Position numbers and translations under genes: made by a program. Source: an uncultured virus (IMG/VR IMGVR_UViG_3300025773_000001) (taxonomy: Duplodnaviria; Heunggongvirae; Uroviricota; Caudoviricetes). Taken from it: 64,000 nucleotides of DNA. A model generated the notes under the pieces. It was not told where the DNA came from. It ran no database searches and was given only the letters and a program-made list of their open reading frames with translations. Positions 56,379 to 64,000 of the stretch are shown one piece after another; within the stretch, counting starts at the first letter, position 1; the number at the start of each line of letters is the position of its first letter. The stretch lies in IMG/VR virus record IMGVR_UViG_3300025773_000001, one strand, 5' to 3'.

Positions 56379-56811
56379 AAAACAACATAATTTCATGGAA
56401 GCGGTGGCCCACAATCCATCGTTCGCCAAGAAAGTAGGGGTCCCTCAATCCGTGGGTAAAGACTTTAATCAGGCTGACAAAGGTAAGAAATTTGCAAAGG
56501 GTGGCGTGCCACGCCCAGAGTTAGAAGGTGTTAACAAAGCAAAGACTGCGCACGGTGCTTTGCAACTATTTTCAAAAGGCGGAAATATGAAAAAAATGAT
56601 GAAAAAAATGTCTAGTGGTGGAGACACTTCTATGTCAAACAAAAGCAAAGAAAGCAAAGGCATAACCAAAGAAACTATGGCTAAAGTTCGCACTGCAGCC
56701 CCTAGCAAAGATGGTATTGCTGAACGTGGTAAAACTCGCGCTATGATGCCTAAAATGTCTGGTAGCACAACCGGCATGAAAAAAGGCGGCATGGCTAAAA
56801 TGAAAAAATAA
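56362..56811 (+). CDS. small Lys/Met-rich protein
   Basis: SKKQHNFM.AVAH; four xxGG motifs. Confidence 0.75.
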   Translation: MPSSSKKQHNFMEAVAHNPSFAKKVGVPQSVGKDFNQADKGKKFAKGGVPRPELEGVNKAKTAHGALQLFSKGGNMKKMMKKMSSGGDTSMSNKSKESKGITKETMAKVRTAAPSKDGIAERGKTRAMMPKMSGSTTGMKKGGMAKMKK

Positions 56812-56820
56812 GGAACTGTT

Positions 56821-57021
56821 ATGAAAATGGATCACCCCCCTTTAATGAACGAAATGACACCTGCTCACATGCACAATGTTGACCATGTTAAGAAGCACTA
56901 CTCTGAAGGCGGACACATGCACCACCAAGAGCATGTCAGCAAGACGCACGGCAGCGACGGTCACAAGATGCACCACGAGCATGTTAAAGCCATGTGTGGT
57001 GGCGGGATGACTAAAAAATGA
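56821..57021 (+). CDS. His-rich small protein
   Basis: 14 His in 66 aa. Confidence 0.7.
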   Translation: MKMDHPPLMNEMTPAHMHNVDHVKKHYSEGGHMHHQEHVSKTHGSDGHKMHHEHVKAMCGGGMTKK

Positions 57022-57257
57022 TAGCAAGTCGGGGCATGGGAGCGGTTGCTTCCTCCAAAATGCCTAAAGGTGTGACCAAAGCTCGTCGCGACGATACGGA
57101 CTTTCAAGAGTTCAAGAAAGGCGGCAAGATTGGTCTTTATGCCAACATCAACGCTAAGCGTAAGCGCGGCGAGAAGATGCGCAAGCCTGGTGACCCAGGT
57201 GCTCCGACCAAACAAGACTTCATCAATTCAGCTAAAACTGCTAAAGGTAAAAAATGA
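57018..57257 (+). CDS. small basic protein
   Basis: SRGMGA, GLYANINAKR and GAPT motifs. Confidence 0.7.
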   Translation: MIASRGMGAVASSKMPKGVTKARRDDTDFQEFKKGGKIGLYANINAKRKRGEKMRKPGDPGAPTKQDFINSAKTAKGKK

Positions 57258-57532
57258 GCTTACTTAAAAAACTCGAAGACGAAGCGCACTTGCTATTACA
57301 AGAGCTTCAACAGCACGTCATCAACCAAGTATCTAGAGGCAACAAGATTAATCCTAAGTTGCAAGAGTTGCTTAACCATTTAGAAGACCATGTCAATCCT
57401 CCTGTGGCTGAGGTGGCTGCTGATCCTACTCCTGCTCCTGTTGAAGCTGCTCCAGTGGTTGCGGCAACATCTGTAGAAGACGCCCCTCAAACAGTCGCGC
57501 AAACACAATCTGCGGCTAACAAGGCTAACTAA
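57254..57532 (+). CDS. hypothetical protein
   Basis: 92 aa with Ala/Pro-rich tail. Confidence 0.65.
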   Translation: MSLLKKLEDEAHLLLQELQQHVINQVSRGNKINPKLQELLNHLEDHVNPPVAEVAADPTPAPVEAAPVVAATSVEDAPQTVAQTQSAANKAN

Positions 57533-57534
57533 TC

Positions 57535-57714
57535 ATGGCTGAAAAATTTATACAAAAAGCAATTAAAAAACCAGGAGCACTTCGTGAAGAATTGGGTATT
57601 AAGGCGGGCAAAACAATACCACCTAAGAAACTTGCTGCAGCTGCTAAAAAGCCGGGCAAGCTTGGTCAACGTGCTAGATTTGCTGAAACGCTCAAAGGTA
57701 TGAAGAAAAAATGA
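57535..57714 (+). CDS. small basic protein (59 aa, not in ORF track)
   Basis: MAEKFIQKAIKKPGALREELG...RARFAETLKGMKKK; ATGA overlap with the next gene. Confidence 0.75.
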   Translation: MAEKFIQKAIKKPGALREELGIKAGKTIPPKKLAAAAKKPGKLGQRARFAETLKGMKKK

Positions 57715-58676
57715 CCATCTCCACGCTCAATTCAATGACGTCCGGTACGGCGTCGTTTAACCTCAATCTCACCGAAGCGTGCGAAGAGGCGTATGAGCGT
57801 GCGGGGTATGAAATGCGTTCAGGCTATGACCTGCGAACTGCGCGTAGGTCACTTAACTTGTTATTTGCGGACTGGGCGAACCGTGGTATTAACATGTGGA
57901 CAATTGAGCAAGGTACGATTACTTTGCAACAAGGACTAAATACATACGCGTTGCCCAATGACACAGTGGATCTTTTAGATCACGTTATTAGAACAAACCC
58001 TAACAACACATCCACTCAAGCAGACTTAACGATTACGCGTATCAGCGTCTCTACTTACGCAACTGTTCCAAACAAACTTAATCAAGCGCGCCCCATTCAA
58101 GTGTGGGTTCAGCGTTTGGACGGACAGATTTATCCAACGGGCTTCACCGTTGCCAGTGTTGTTAACCCAACAGACACAACTATTACGTTGACTTCTACAG
58201 CAAATTTAGCGACTGCTGGGTTTGTTAATTTGGTAAATGGAACAGTCACCGAAACAATCTACTACAACAACATATCAGGGAATACCCTTGGTAATTGTTT
58301 TAGAGGGCAAAATGGTACAACAGCTGCGCAGTTTCCTGTAGGTTCTGTAGTTAACGTTCCCAATCTTCCAGCTGTTACAGTTTGGCCTACACCAGACGGA
58401 GTACAGACGTATCAATTCGTGTACTGGCGCATGCGCAGGACGCAGGACGCGTCTCAGTACGGTAATAACGTCATGGATGTACCATTCAGGTTTATTCCGG
58501 CTATGATTGCGGGGCTTGCCTATTATGTTGCGCTCAAAGTGCCAGACGGCATGAACCGTTTACAAATTCTTAAACAACAATACGACGAGTTCTGGGAACT
58601 TGCTGCGTACGAAGATCATGAGAAGGCTGCCCTACGCCTAGTGCCAAGGCAGATGTTCATAGGTGGCGGTTTTTAA
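57711..58676 (+). CDS. head-tail adaptor / tail tubular protein
   Basis: ARRSLNLLFADWANRG, VWPTPD and P.RF.P....GLAYY motifs. Confidence 0.7.
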   Translation: MTISTLNSMTSGTASFNLNLTEACEEAYERAGYEMRSGYDLRTARRSLNLLFADWANRGINMWTIEQGTITLQQGLNTYALPNDTVDLLDHVIRTNPNNTSTQADLTITRISVSTYATVPNKLNQARPIQVWVQRLDGQIYPTGFTVASVVNPTDTTITLTSTANLATAGFVNLVNGTVTETIYYNNISGNTLGNCFRGQNGTTAAQFPVGSVVNVPNLPAVTVWPTPDGVQTYQFVYWRMRRTQDASQYGNNVMDVPFRFIPAMIAGLAYYVALKVPDGMNRLQILKQQYDEFWELAAYEDHEKAALRLVPRQMFIGGGF

Positions 58677-59105
58677 ATGGGTAATCGGTTTTCATCAGGC
58701 AAGAACTCAATTGCCGAGTGTGATCGGTGTGGGTTTCAATTCAAACTGCGTGAACTTAAAAAAGAAGTCATCAAGACCAAAACGTATGACCTCAAAGTTT
58801 GCCCGCAGTGTTGGGATCCAGATCAGCCACAGTTGCAGCTTGGTATGTACCCGGTTGATGACCCACAGGGCGTTAGAGATCCAAGACCAGATACAACTTA
58901 CATCACGTCTGGTCGTAACGGTTTGCAGGTACAACAAGGAAACAGTTCCAGTGTTTTGCAAAATGGTGAGAATGAAGGAGGTAGCCGAATTATTCAATGG
59001 GGGTGGAATCCTGTTGGTGGTTCGGAATTTTTTGATGCAGCCCTTACGCCAAACAATTTGGCTTTGACCGTTGCAATTGGTACAGTTACAATCGTTACAA
59101 CGTAG
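58677..59105 (+). CDS. Zn-ribbon-containing virion protein
   Basis: CDRCG...CPQCWD.DQPQL; RDPRPD. Confidence 0.7.
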   Translation: MGNRFSSGKNSIAECDRCGFQFKLRELKKEVIKTKTYDLKVCPQCWDPDQPQLQLGMYPVDDPQGVRDPRPDTTYITSGRNGLQVQQGNSSSVLQNGENEGGSRIIQWGWNPVGGSEFFDAALTPNNLALTVAIGTVTIVTT

Positions 59106-59114
59106 GAGTTTATA

Positions 59115-59312
59115 ATGGCTAATAAAGAAATGGACAAAGATCTTGCTCAAGACAAAAAAATGATCAAGAAAGCTTTTGGCATGCACGACAAACAGTTGCA
59201 TGAAAACAAAAAAACAAACCTAACAAAGCTTAAAAAAGGCGGAGTAACAGGTCAAGCCATGCGCGCAGTTGGTCGCAATATGGCACGTGCCAACAACCAA
59301 AGGGGCAAGTAA
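59115..59312 (+). CDS. small basic protein
   Basis: LKKGG; GRNMARA. Confidence 0.7.
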   Translation: MANKEMDKDLAQDKKMIKKAFGMHDKQLHENKKTNLTKLKKGGVTGQAMRAVGRNMARANNQRGK

Positions 59313-59572
59313 TGGCTAATTTCAGCATGAAAAAGGGCGGTAAAGAAGTAGGTCCTGCATCTACTTATGCCGCTCCACATACTTCTGGCGGTAAAATGTT
59401 GGAAGAAAAAGACATCGGGTTTTCTGTTGAGATGCCAACACGTAAAAACTGGACACCTCTAAACGGAAGCGTTTCTATTGGGCACAATGACATGGTTGAG
59501 TCTACCGGTATTGAGACACGTGGTAATGGTTGTGCTACTAAAGGAAGAATTGCTAGGGGACCAATGGCGTGA
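59312..59572 (+). CDS. small basic protein
   Basis: MKKGG; RGNGCATKG..ARGPMA. Confidence 0.7.
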   Translation: MANFSMKKGGKEVGPASTYAAPHTSGGKMLEEKDIGFSVEMPTRKNWTPLNGSVSIGHNDMVESTGIETRGNGCATKGRIARGPMA

Positions 59573-60516
59573 CATACACTGAGCTTGTAACTGCAATTCA
59601 GTCTTACACGGAGAATCAATTCCCCGCCGTATATCTTGCTGATGGAACACAGGAATCTAGCACTTCGCAGATTAACCGTTTCATCGAGCAGGCTGAACAA
59701 CGCATTTACAACACGATACAGTTCCCAAGCCTGCGTGCAAATAAGATAGGAACACTTACGGCGGGCAATTCATATTTGTCTTGCCCTGATGATTTTTTAT
59801 CGGTTTATTCGCTTGCGGTTATTAATAACGGGACATACACATATCTAATTAACAAAGATGTTAATTTTATCCGTGAAGCATTCCCGACTGTATCAGCTGC
59901 ATATTATCAGCAACCACAGTATTACGCGCTTTTTGGGCCAAGATACGGTAATGTAGCTGAACTTAGTTTTATTATTGGTCCAACACCAGACCAGTCTTAT
60001 CCTGTAGAACTGCACTATTACTATTATCCTCCCACTATTATTCAAGGCGCCATTTCTGCAATTACAATAACTGCCGGTGGAACAGGGTATACCAATGGCA
60101 CATACTACGATGTTCCTTTAACGGGCGGAAATGGAAATTCGGCAACTGCTACCATTACGGTAGCGGGCACAGCCGTTACAAGCATTACTCCAACAACCGG
60201 AGGGGCGTTATATTCTGTTGGTGATTCACTTACAGCACCGAATGCGTATATTGGTAGCGGTGGGTCTAATTTTACAGCGTCTGTTAGCGCCGTAACAAAT
60301 ACAACAGGAACCACATGGCTTGGGGATAATTACGATTCTGTTTTGTTGTATGGCGCTTTAGTGGAAGCGTATACGTTTATGAAGGGCGAAGCCGATATTA
60401 TTACGCTCTATGATACTAAGTACAAAGAAGCACTTGCAGAAGCCAAACGTTTAGGTGATGGCCTTGAGAGACAAGACGCATACAGGTCTGGTCAGTATCG
60501 TCAGAAGGTTACATAA
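59569..60516 (+). CDS. second adaptor/tail tubular-like protein with inserted Gly/Thr-rich domain
   Basis: FIEQAEQRI, GPTPD..Y and LLYGALVEA motifs; ITAGGTGYT insert. Confidence 0.7.
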   Translation: MTYTELVTAIQSYTENQFPAVYLADGTQESSTSQINRFIEQAEQRIYNTIQFPSLRANKIGTLTAGNSYLSCPDDFLSVYSLAVINNGTYTYLINKDVNFIREAFPTVSAAYYQQPQYYALFGPRYGNVAELSFIIGPTPDQSYPVELHYYYYPPTIIQGAISAITITAGGTGYTNGTYYDVPLTGGNGNSATATITVAGTAVTSITPTTGGALYSVGDSLTAPNAYIGSGGSNFTASVSAVTNTTGTTWLGDNYDSVLLYGALVEAYTFMKGEADIITLYDTKYKEALAEAKRLGDGLERQDAYRSGQYRQKVT

Positions 60517-60517
60517 A

Positions 60518-60946
60518 ATGGCATTTACTGGCAACTGGGCGTGTGATGTATTTAAGACCGGCATGATGAACGGGGTGTATAACTTTACATCCGGTAACTT
60601 CTATATCGCGCTTTACACCAATTCCGCCACACTTAACCAAACCACACAAACTTACACCAATGCGGGTGAAATTAGTGGTGGCAGTTATACAGCAGGCGGT
60701 CAATTACTTGTTGTCAATCAACTTCCAACAACAGGATCAAGTGGAGACACGGCTTATGTATCTTTTGCCAACGCGGTTTGGACAGGATCTATAAGTGCAA
60801 GAGGTGCTTTGGTATATCTAAATAACGGTACAACAAACCCCGCAGTTTTTGTTTTAGATTTTGGTGCGTCTAAAACGTCTAATGCCACATTCACAGTTCA
60901 ATTTCCCGCCGCCACAAACACATCAGCGATTATTCGCATTTCTTAA
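60518..60946 (+). CDS. tail structural protein
   Basis: IALYT, YTAGG, ARGALVY and VLDFG motifs; start moved to ATG 60518. Confidence 0.7.
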   Translation: MAFTGNWACDVFKTGMMNGVYNFTSGNFYIALYTNSATLNQTTQTYTNAGEISGGSYTAGGQLLVVNQLPTTGSSGDTAYVSFANAVWTGSISARGALVYLNNGTTNPAVFVLDFGASKTSNATFTVQFPAATNTSAIIRIS

Positions 60947-60955
60947 GGAACTAAT

Positions 60956-61561
60956 ATGACTAACGAAAAATCAGGATTTGGAGACAACGCAATAGCGACA
61001 CTACAGACCAACGCTAAAGTACCAGAGGGTATGGGCATTGAGGGCTGGTACCATGTTGTGTGCCGAGATGCACAGGGTAATCTAAAGTGGGAAGAAGAGT
61101 TTCCTAACTTAGTGGTAGCTGTAGGTAAGCAGTTGATGCTTGACACTTTGCTTAGAACTTCAGGAACTTATACGACTGTTGGGCCTTTCCTTGGTTTACT
61201 TAATGCAAGTATCACTGCCGCAGCAACAGACACGATGAGCACGATTGTGCCTTCTAAAGAGTTTGTCAACTACACGGTTGGCGGTTCAGCAGTGCGCGGT
61301 ACAGCAGTTTTTGCTGCGTCTACAAGTACAGGTTCTACACCTTCTAACGTTACATCAAGTACAGCTACAGCAATTACTTACACAATCACAAGTACAGGCG
61401 GTACGGTGTATGGTTGCTTCTTGGTTACAGGCACTGGCGCGGTCAACACACAACTCAGCACTGCGGGTACTTTGTATTCTGAAGGAAACTTTGGTACAGC
61501 AAAAACAACGACAGCCGGAGATACTGTCAGCGTTACTTTTTCGACCACCGCTACGTCTTAA
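60956..61561 (+). CDS. tail structural protein
   Basis: NLVV..GK; GTLYS; Thr-rich. Confidence 0.7.
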   Translation: MTNEKSGFGDNAIATLQTNAKVPEGMGIEGWYHVVCRDAQGNLKWEEEFPNLVVAVGKQLMLDTLLRTSGTYTTVGPFLGLLNASITAAATDTMSTIVPSKEFVNYTVGGSAVRGTAVFAASTSTGSTPSNVTSSTATAITYTITSTGGTVYGCFLVTGTGAVNTQLSTAGTLYSEGNFGTAKTTTAGDTVSVTFSTTATS

Positions 61562-61574
61562 TTAAGGGGTATGT

Positions 61575-62249
61575 ATGGCCTTTCTAGTCAAAGACAGGGT
61601 TTTAGAGACATGTAGTGCGCCGGGCACAGGCTCAGTTACGCTCCTTGGTGCTGTCACGGGGTATCAAGCCTTTAGCGCGGCGTTTGGTTCTGTTAACGGC
61701 ACAACTACATATTACTGTATTGCAGACCAAGGCGGTGCTAATTGGGAAGTGGGTCTTGGCACTTGGAACACAGGCAATACGTTAAGCCGTACCACAGTAC
61801 TGTCTTCTAGCAATGCAGGGTCTTTAACTAATTTTGCGTCTGGTACACAAAACGTATTTTTAACATACCCGTCTGAAAAAGCTGTCTATATAGACCCAAC
61901 AACAAGTAACGTATCGCTTGCAACGCTTTCTACTACGGGCGATATTACGATGTCTGGAACTGGAGAAATCCAAGTAGCTGCGGGTACGACGGCACAAAGA
62001 TCAGGCTCTCCTGCAACGGGCATGTTCAGGTATAACACAACTCTTGCTCAGTTTGAGGGATACAACGGGACGATCTGGGGCGGTATTGGCGGAGCACAAG
62101 CAGGTGGTGCAATTCAAGTCAATAACACTACAGCATCAGTTAGCTATACCATCGCAACAGGCACAAACGGTTTTTCAGTCGGCCCAATCACAACAGCATC
62201 TGGAGTTAGCGTCACGGTCGCGAGCGGTCAACGCTGGGTAGTAGTGTAA
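61575..62249 (+). CDS. tail fibre proximal protein
   Basis: DRVLET, WEVGLGT, GTTAQR and RYNTT..FEGY motifs. Confidence 0.7.
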   Translation: MAFLVKDRVLETCSAPGTGSVTLLGAVTGYQAFSAAFGSVNGTTTYYCIADQGGANWEVGLGTWNTGNTLSRTTVLSSSNAGSLTNFASGTQNVFLTYPSEKAVYIDPTTSNVSLATLSTTGDITMSGTGEIQVAAGTTAQRSGSPATGMFRYNTTLAQFEGYNGTIWGGIGGAQAGGAIQVNNTTASVSYTIATGTNGFSVGPITTASGVSVTVASGQRWVVV

Positions 62250-62263
62250 TATAAAGGATTAAT

Positions 62264-63298
62264 ATGAGTTCAATTGCATCAGGAACAACTACCACTACCG
62301 CTTTGGTATATACGGCAGATACAACAGGCAATTTGGTATTGCAGACTAACGGCACGACTACTGCGGTAACAATAGGTACAAATCAAGTTGCTACTTTTGC
62401 AAGTGGAATAGCTTTAAATGGTGCGACTGCGGCAGGAGGGGGATCTTCAATAACTTTACCTTCTGGATACGCTTATTCTTGGGCAGGTGGCAATGATTAT
62501 TTGACTGTTAATACATCAAGCCATTTAATGTCATTTGTTACAAATGGCACTACCCAATTAAATTTAGACACCTCTGGTAACTTAGGATTAGGAGTTACTC
62601 CTACTGCGGTTGCTAGTTATCGTGTATTAGATATGAGTGGCGTTTCTGGCGGATATCTATCTTTACAAGTCAGTGGCACAGAAACTGCAAACGTATACGG
62701 AAATACAGGCGGGTTATCTTTAACTGCGGTTGGATCAAAAAATATTGCTTTTTGGAATAATGGTGTAAACACCATGACACTAGATAATAGTGGTAATTTG
62801 TTGGTTAACACTCCAAGTCAGTTAAATAGCGGAAAAGTCTGCATTGTTTTCAATGGTTCAGGCACTAATGGCTTAACCATGCAGACAACTTATGGTTCTA
62901 CTGGTAGTGTTTATTTAGGTTTTTATAACTCAGCAAACACTTTGGCTGGTTATATTTCTCAAAACGGAACTACAACAGTTAACTATGTCACATCGTCTGA
63001 TGCACGTTTAAAGACAAACATTGTTGACGCTGATTCAGCAAAAGCAAAAATTGAGTCCATCAAGATTCGTAAGTTTGACTGGGTTTCTGGCGAACATCAA
63101 GATTTCGGTGTTATTGCACAAGAATTGTTTGAAGTTGCACCAGAAGCTGTAAGCGTTGCACAGACAGAAGAACAACTTTGGGGTGTTGATTACTCTAAAT
63201 TGGTTCCATCGCTCATTAAATATGTGCAAGAACAACAAGCAATCATTCAAGAACTATCAGCAAAAGTAACAGCTCTAGAAGCAAAGGTAGGAGCATAA
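62264..63298 (+). CDS. tail fibre with C-terminal intramolecular chaperone (peptidase S74-like)
   Basis: SDARLKTNI, GVIAQE and VDYSKLVP motifs. Confidence 0.85.
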   Translation: MSSIASGTTTTTALVYTADTTGNLVLQTNGTTTAVTIGTNQVATFASGIALNGATAAGGGSSITLPSGYAYSWAGGNDYLTVNTSSHLMSFVTNGTTQLNLDTSGNLGLGVTPTAVASYRVLDMSGVSGGYLSLQVSGTETANVYGNTGGLSLTAVGSKNIAFWNNGVNTMTLDNSGNLLVNTPSQLNSGKVCIVFNGSGTNGLTMQTTYGSTGSVYLGFYNSANTLAGYISQNGTTTVNYVTSSDARLKTNIVDADSAKAKIESIKIRKFDWVSGEHQDFGVIAQELFEVAPEAVSVAQTEEQLWGVDYSKLVPSLIKYVQEQQAIIQELSAKVTALEAKVGA

Positions 63299-63301
63299 CA
63301 A

Positions 63302-64000
63302 ATGTCATCAAATCTTATTACCGCAGACAATGGTGTTAGTTCTGGCGTTACTGGAATTACGCAATCAGCAGGGAGCGATGGAACCTTACAGCTTCGCACA
63401 ACTTCTTCGGGCGGCAGTGCAGTAACAGCACTTACGCTAAACAACTCCCAACAAGCAACCTTTGCTAATACGATTAACGTACCTAATACATTTGGGTTTA
63501 AGAACCGTATTATTAATGGTGCGATGGTTATTGATCAAAGAGATGCTGGGGCAAGCATTACTCCTACAACATCTAATACATATTGTGTTGATAGATGGTC
63601 AAACTATATTTCACAATCAAGTAAATATTCAATTCAACAAAATGCAGGCTCTGTAACACCGCCAGTAGGTTTTAGTAACTATTTGGGTGTAACTTCTTTA
63701 TCTGCTTATTCTGTTGGAGCAAGTGATTATTTTCTTCTAATACAAAATATTGAAGGCTATAACATTGCAGATTTAGGGTGGGGGACGGCAAACGCTAAAA
63801 CAGTTACTTTGTCATTTCAAGTTTATTCTAGTTTAACTGGCACATTTGGTGGCGCATTAAAAGGTGCGTCAGGAACAGTTTATTCATATCCATTTACCTA
63901 TTCAATATCATCGGCAAATACTTGGACAACAATTTCTATTACCATACTTGGACCAACATCAGGAACTTGGACATCAAATAATACAACTGGTATTCAACTT
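63302..64000 (+). CDS. tail fibre-like protein (partial, runs off the window)
   Basis: Open from ATG 63302: MSSNLITADNG...FKNRIINGAMVIDQR...VDRW...IEGYN. Confidence 0.75.
   Translation, partial: MSSNLITADNGVSSGVTGITQSAGSDGTLQLRTTSSGGSAVTALTLNNSQQATFANTINVPNTFGFKNRIINGAMVIDQRDAGASITPTTSNTYCVDRWSNYISQSSKYSIQQNAGSVTPPVGFSNYLGVTSLSAYSVGASDYFLLIQNIEGYNIADLGWGTANAKTVTLSFQVYSSLTGTFGGALKGASGTVYSYPFTYSISSANTWTTISITILGPTSGTWTSNNTTGIQL

Noticed and set aside
1..64000. tRNA genes, integrase/att site, stop-codon reassignment
   Set aside because: No cloverleaf or recombinase motifs recognised by eye. Genes end normally in TAA, TGA and TAG with dense coding under the standard code. tRNAscan was not run.

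Overview
The window is almost the whole genome of a circularly permuted, probably lytic, podovirus-like dsDNA tailed phage. The tail-fibre ORF running off the right end appears to finish at positions 1-23. The plus strand (44691-64000 and 1-20051) is the late module: small and large terminase, a long portal, a GroES-like co-chaperonin, scaffold, major capsid protein (MCP), a free-standing GIY-YIG-like endonuclease, many small basic head proteins, adaptors, several tail fibres, a lysis cassette, a P22 gp10-like hub, ejection proteins and a 2080-aa polyvalent protein. The minus strand (20008-44217) is the early/replication module: primase-helicase, SNF2 helicase, family A DNA polymerase, nucleases, a MoxR-AAA/vWA-metallopeptidase triad and many small ORFs. 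I recognised no integrase, tRNA, CRISPR array or reverse transcriptase. The most unusual observation is an array of four paralogous small early genes (26561-27945) that share a winged-helix-like C-terminal domain. Two of them clearly, and a third more weakly, begin with peptide copies of different segments of the phage's own MCP, conserved in protein but recoded in DNA. This is a candidate capsid-mimic or decoy system. Other notable items are an A9 slippery site that would fuse two lysis-cassette ORFs, a recurring [FYM]xxGG motif across virion proteins, two pseudoknot-capable intergenic RNAs and a family of dispersed palindromes in the early region. All product calls come from reading motifs by eye; no database searches were run.
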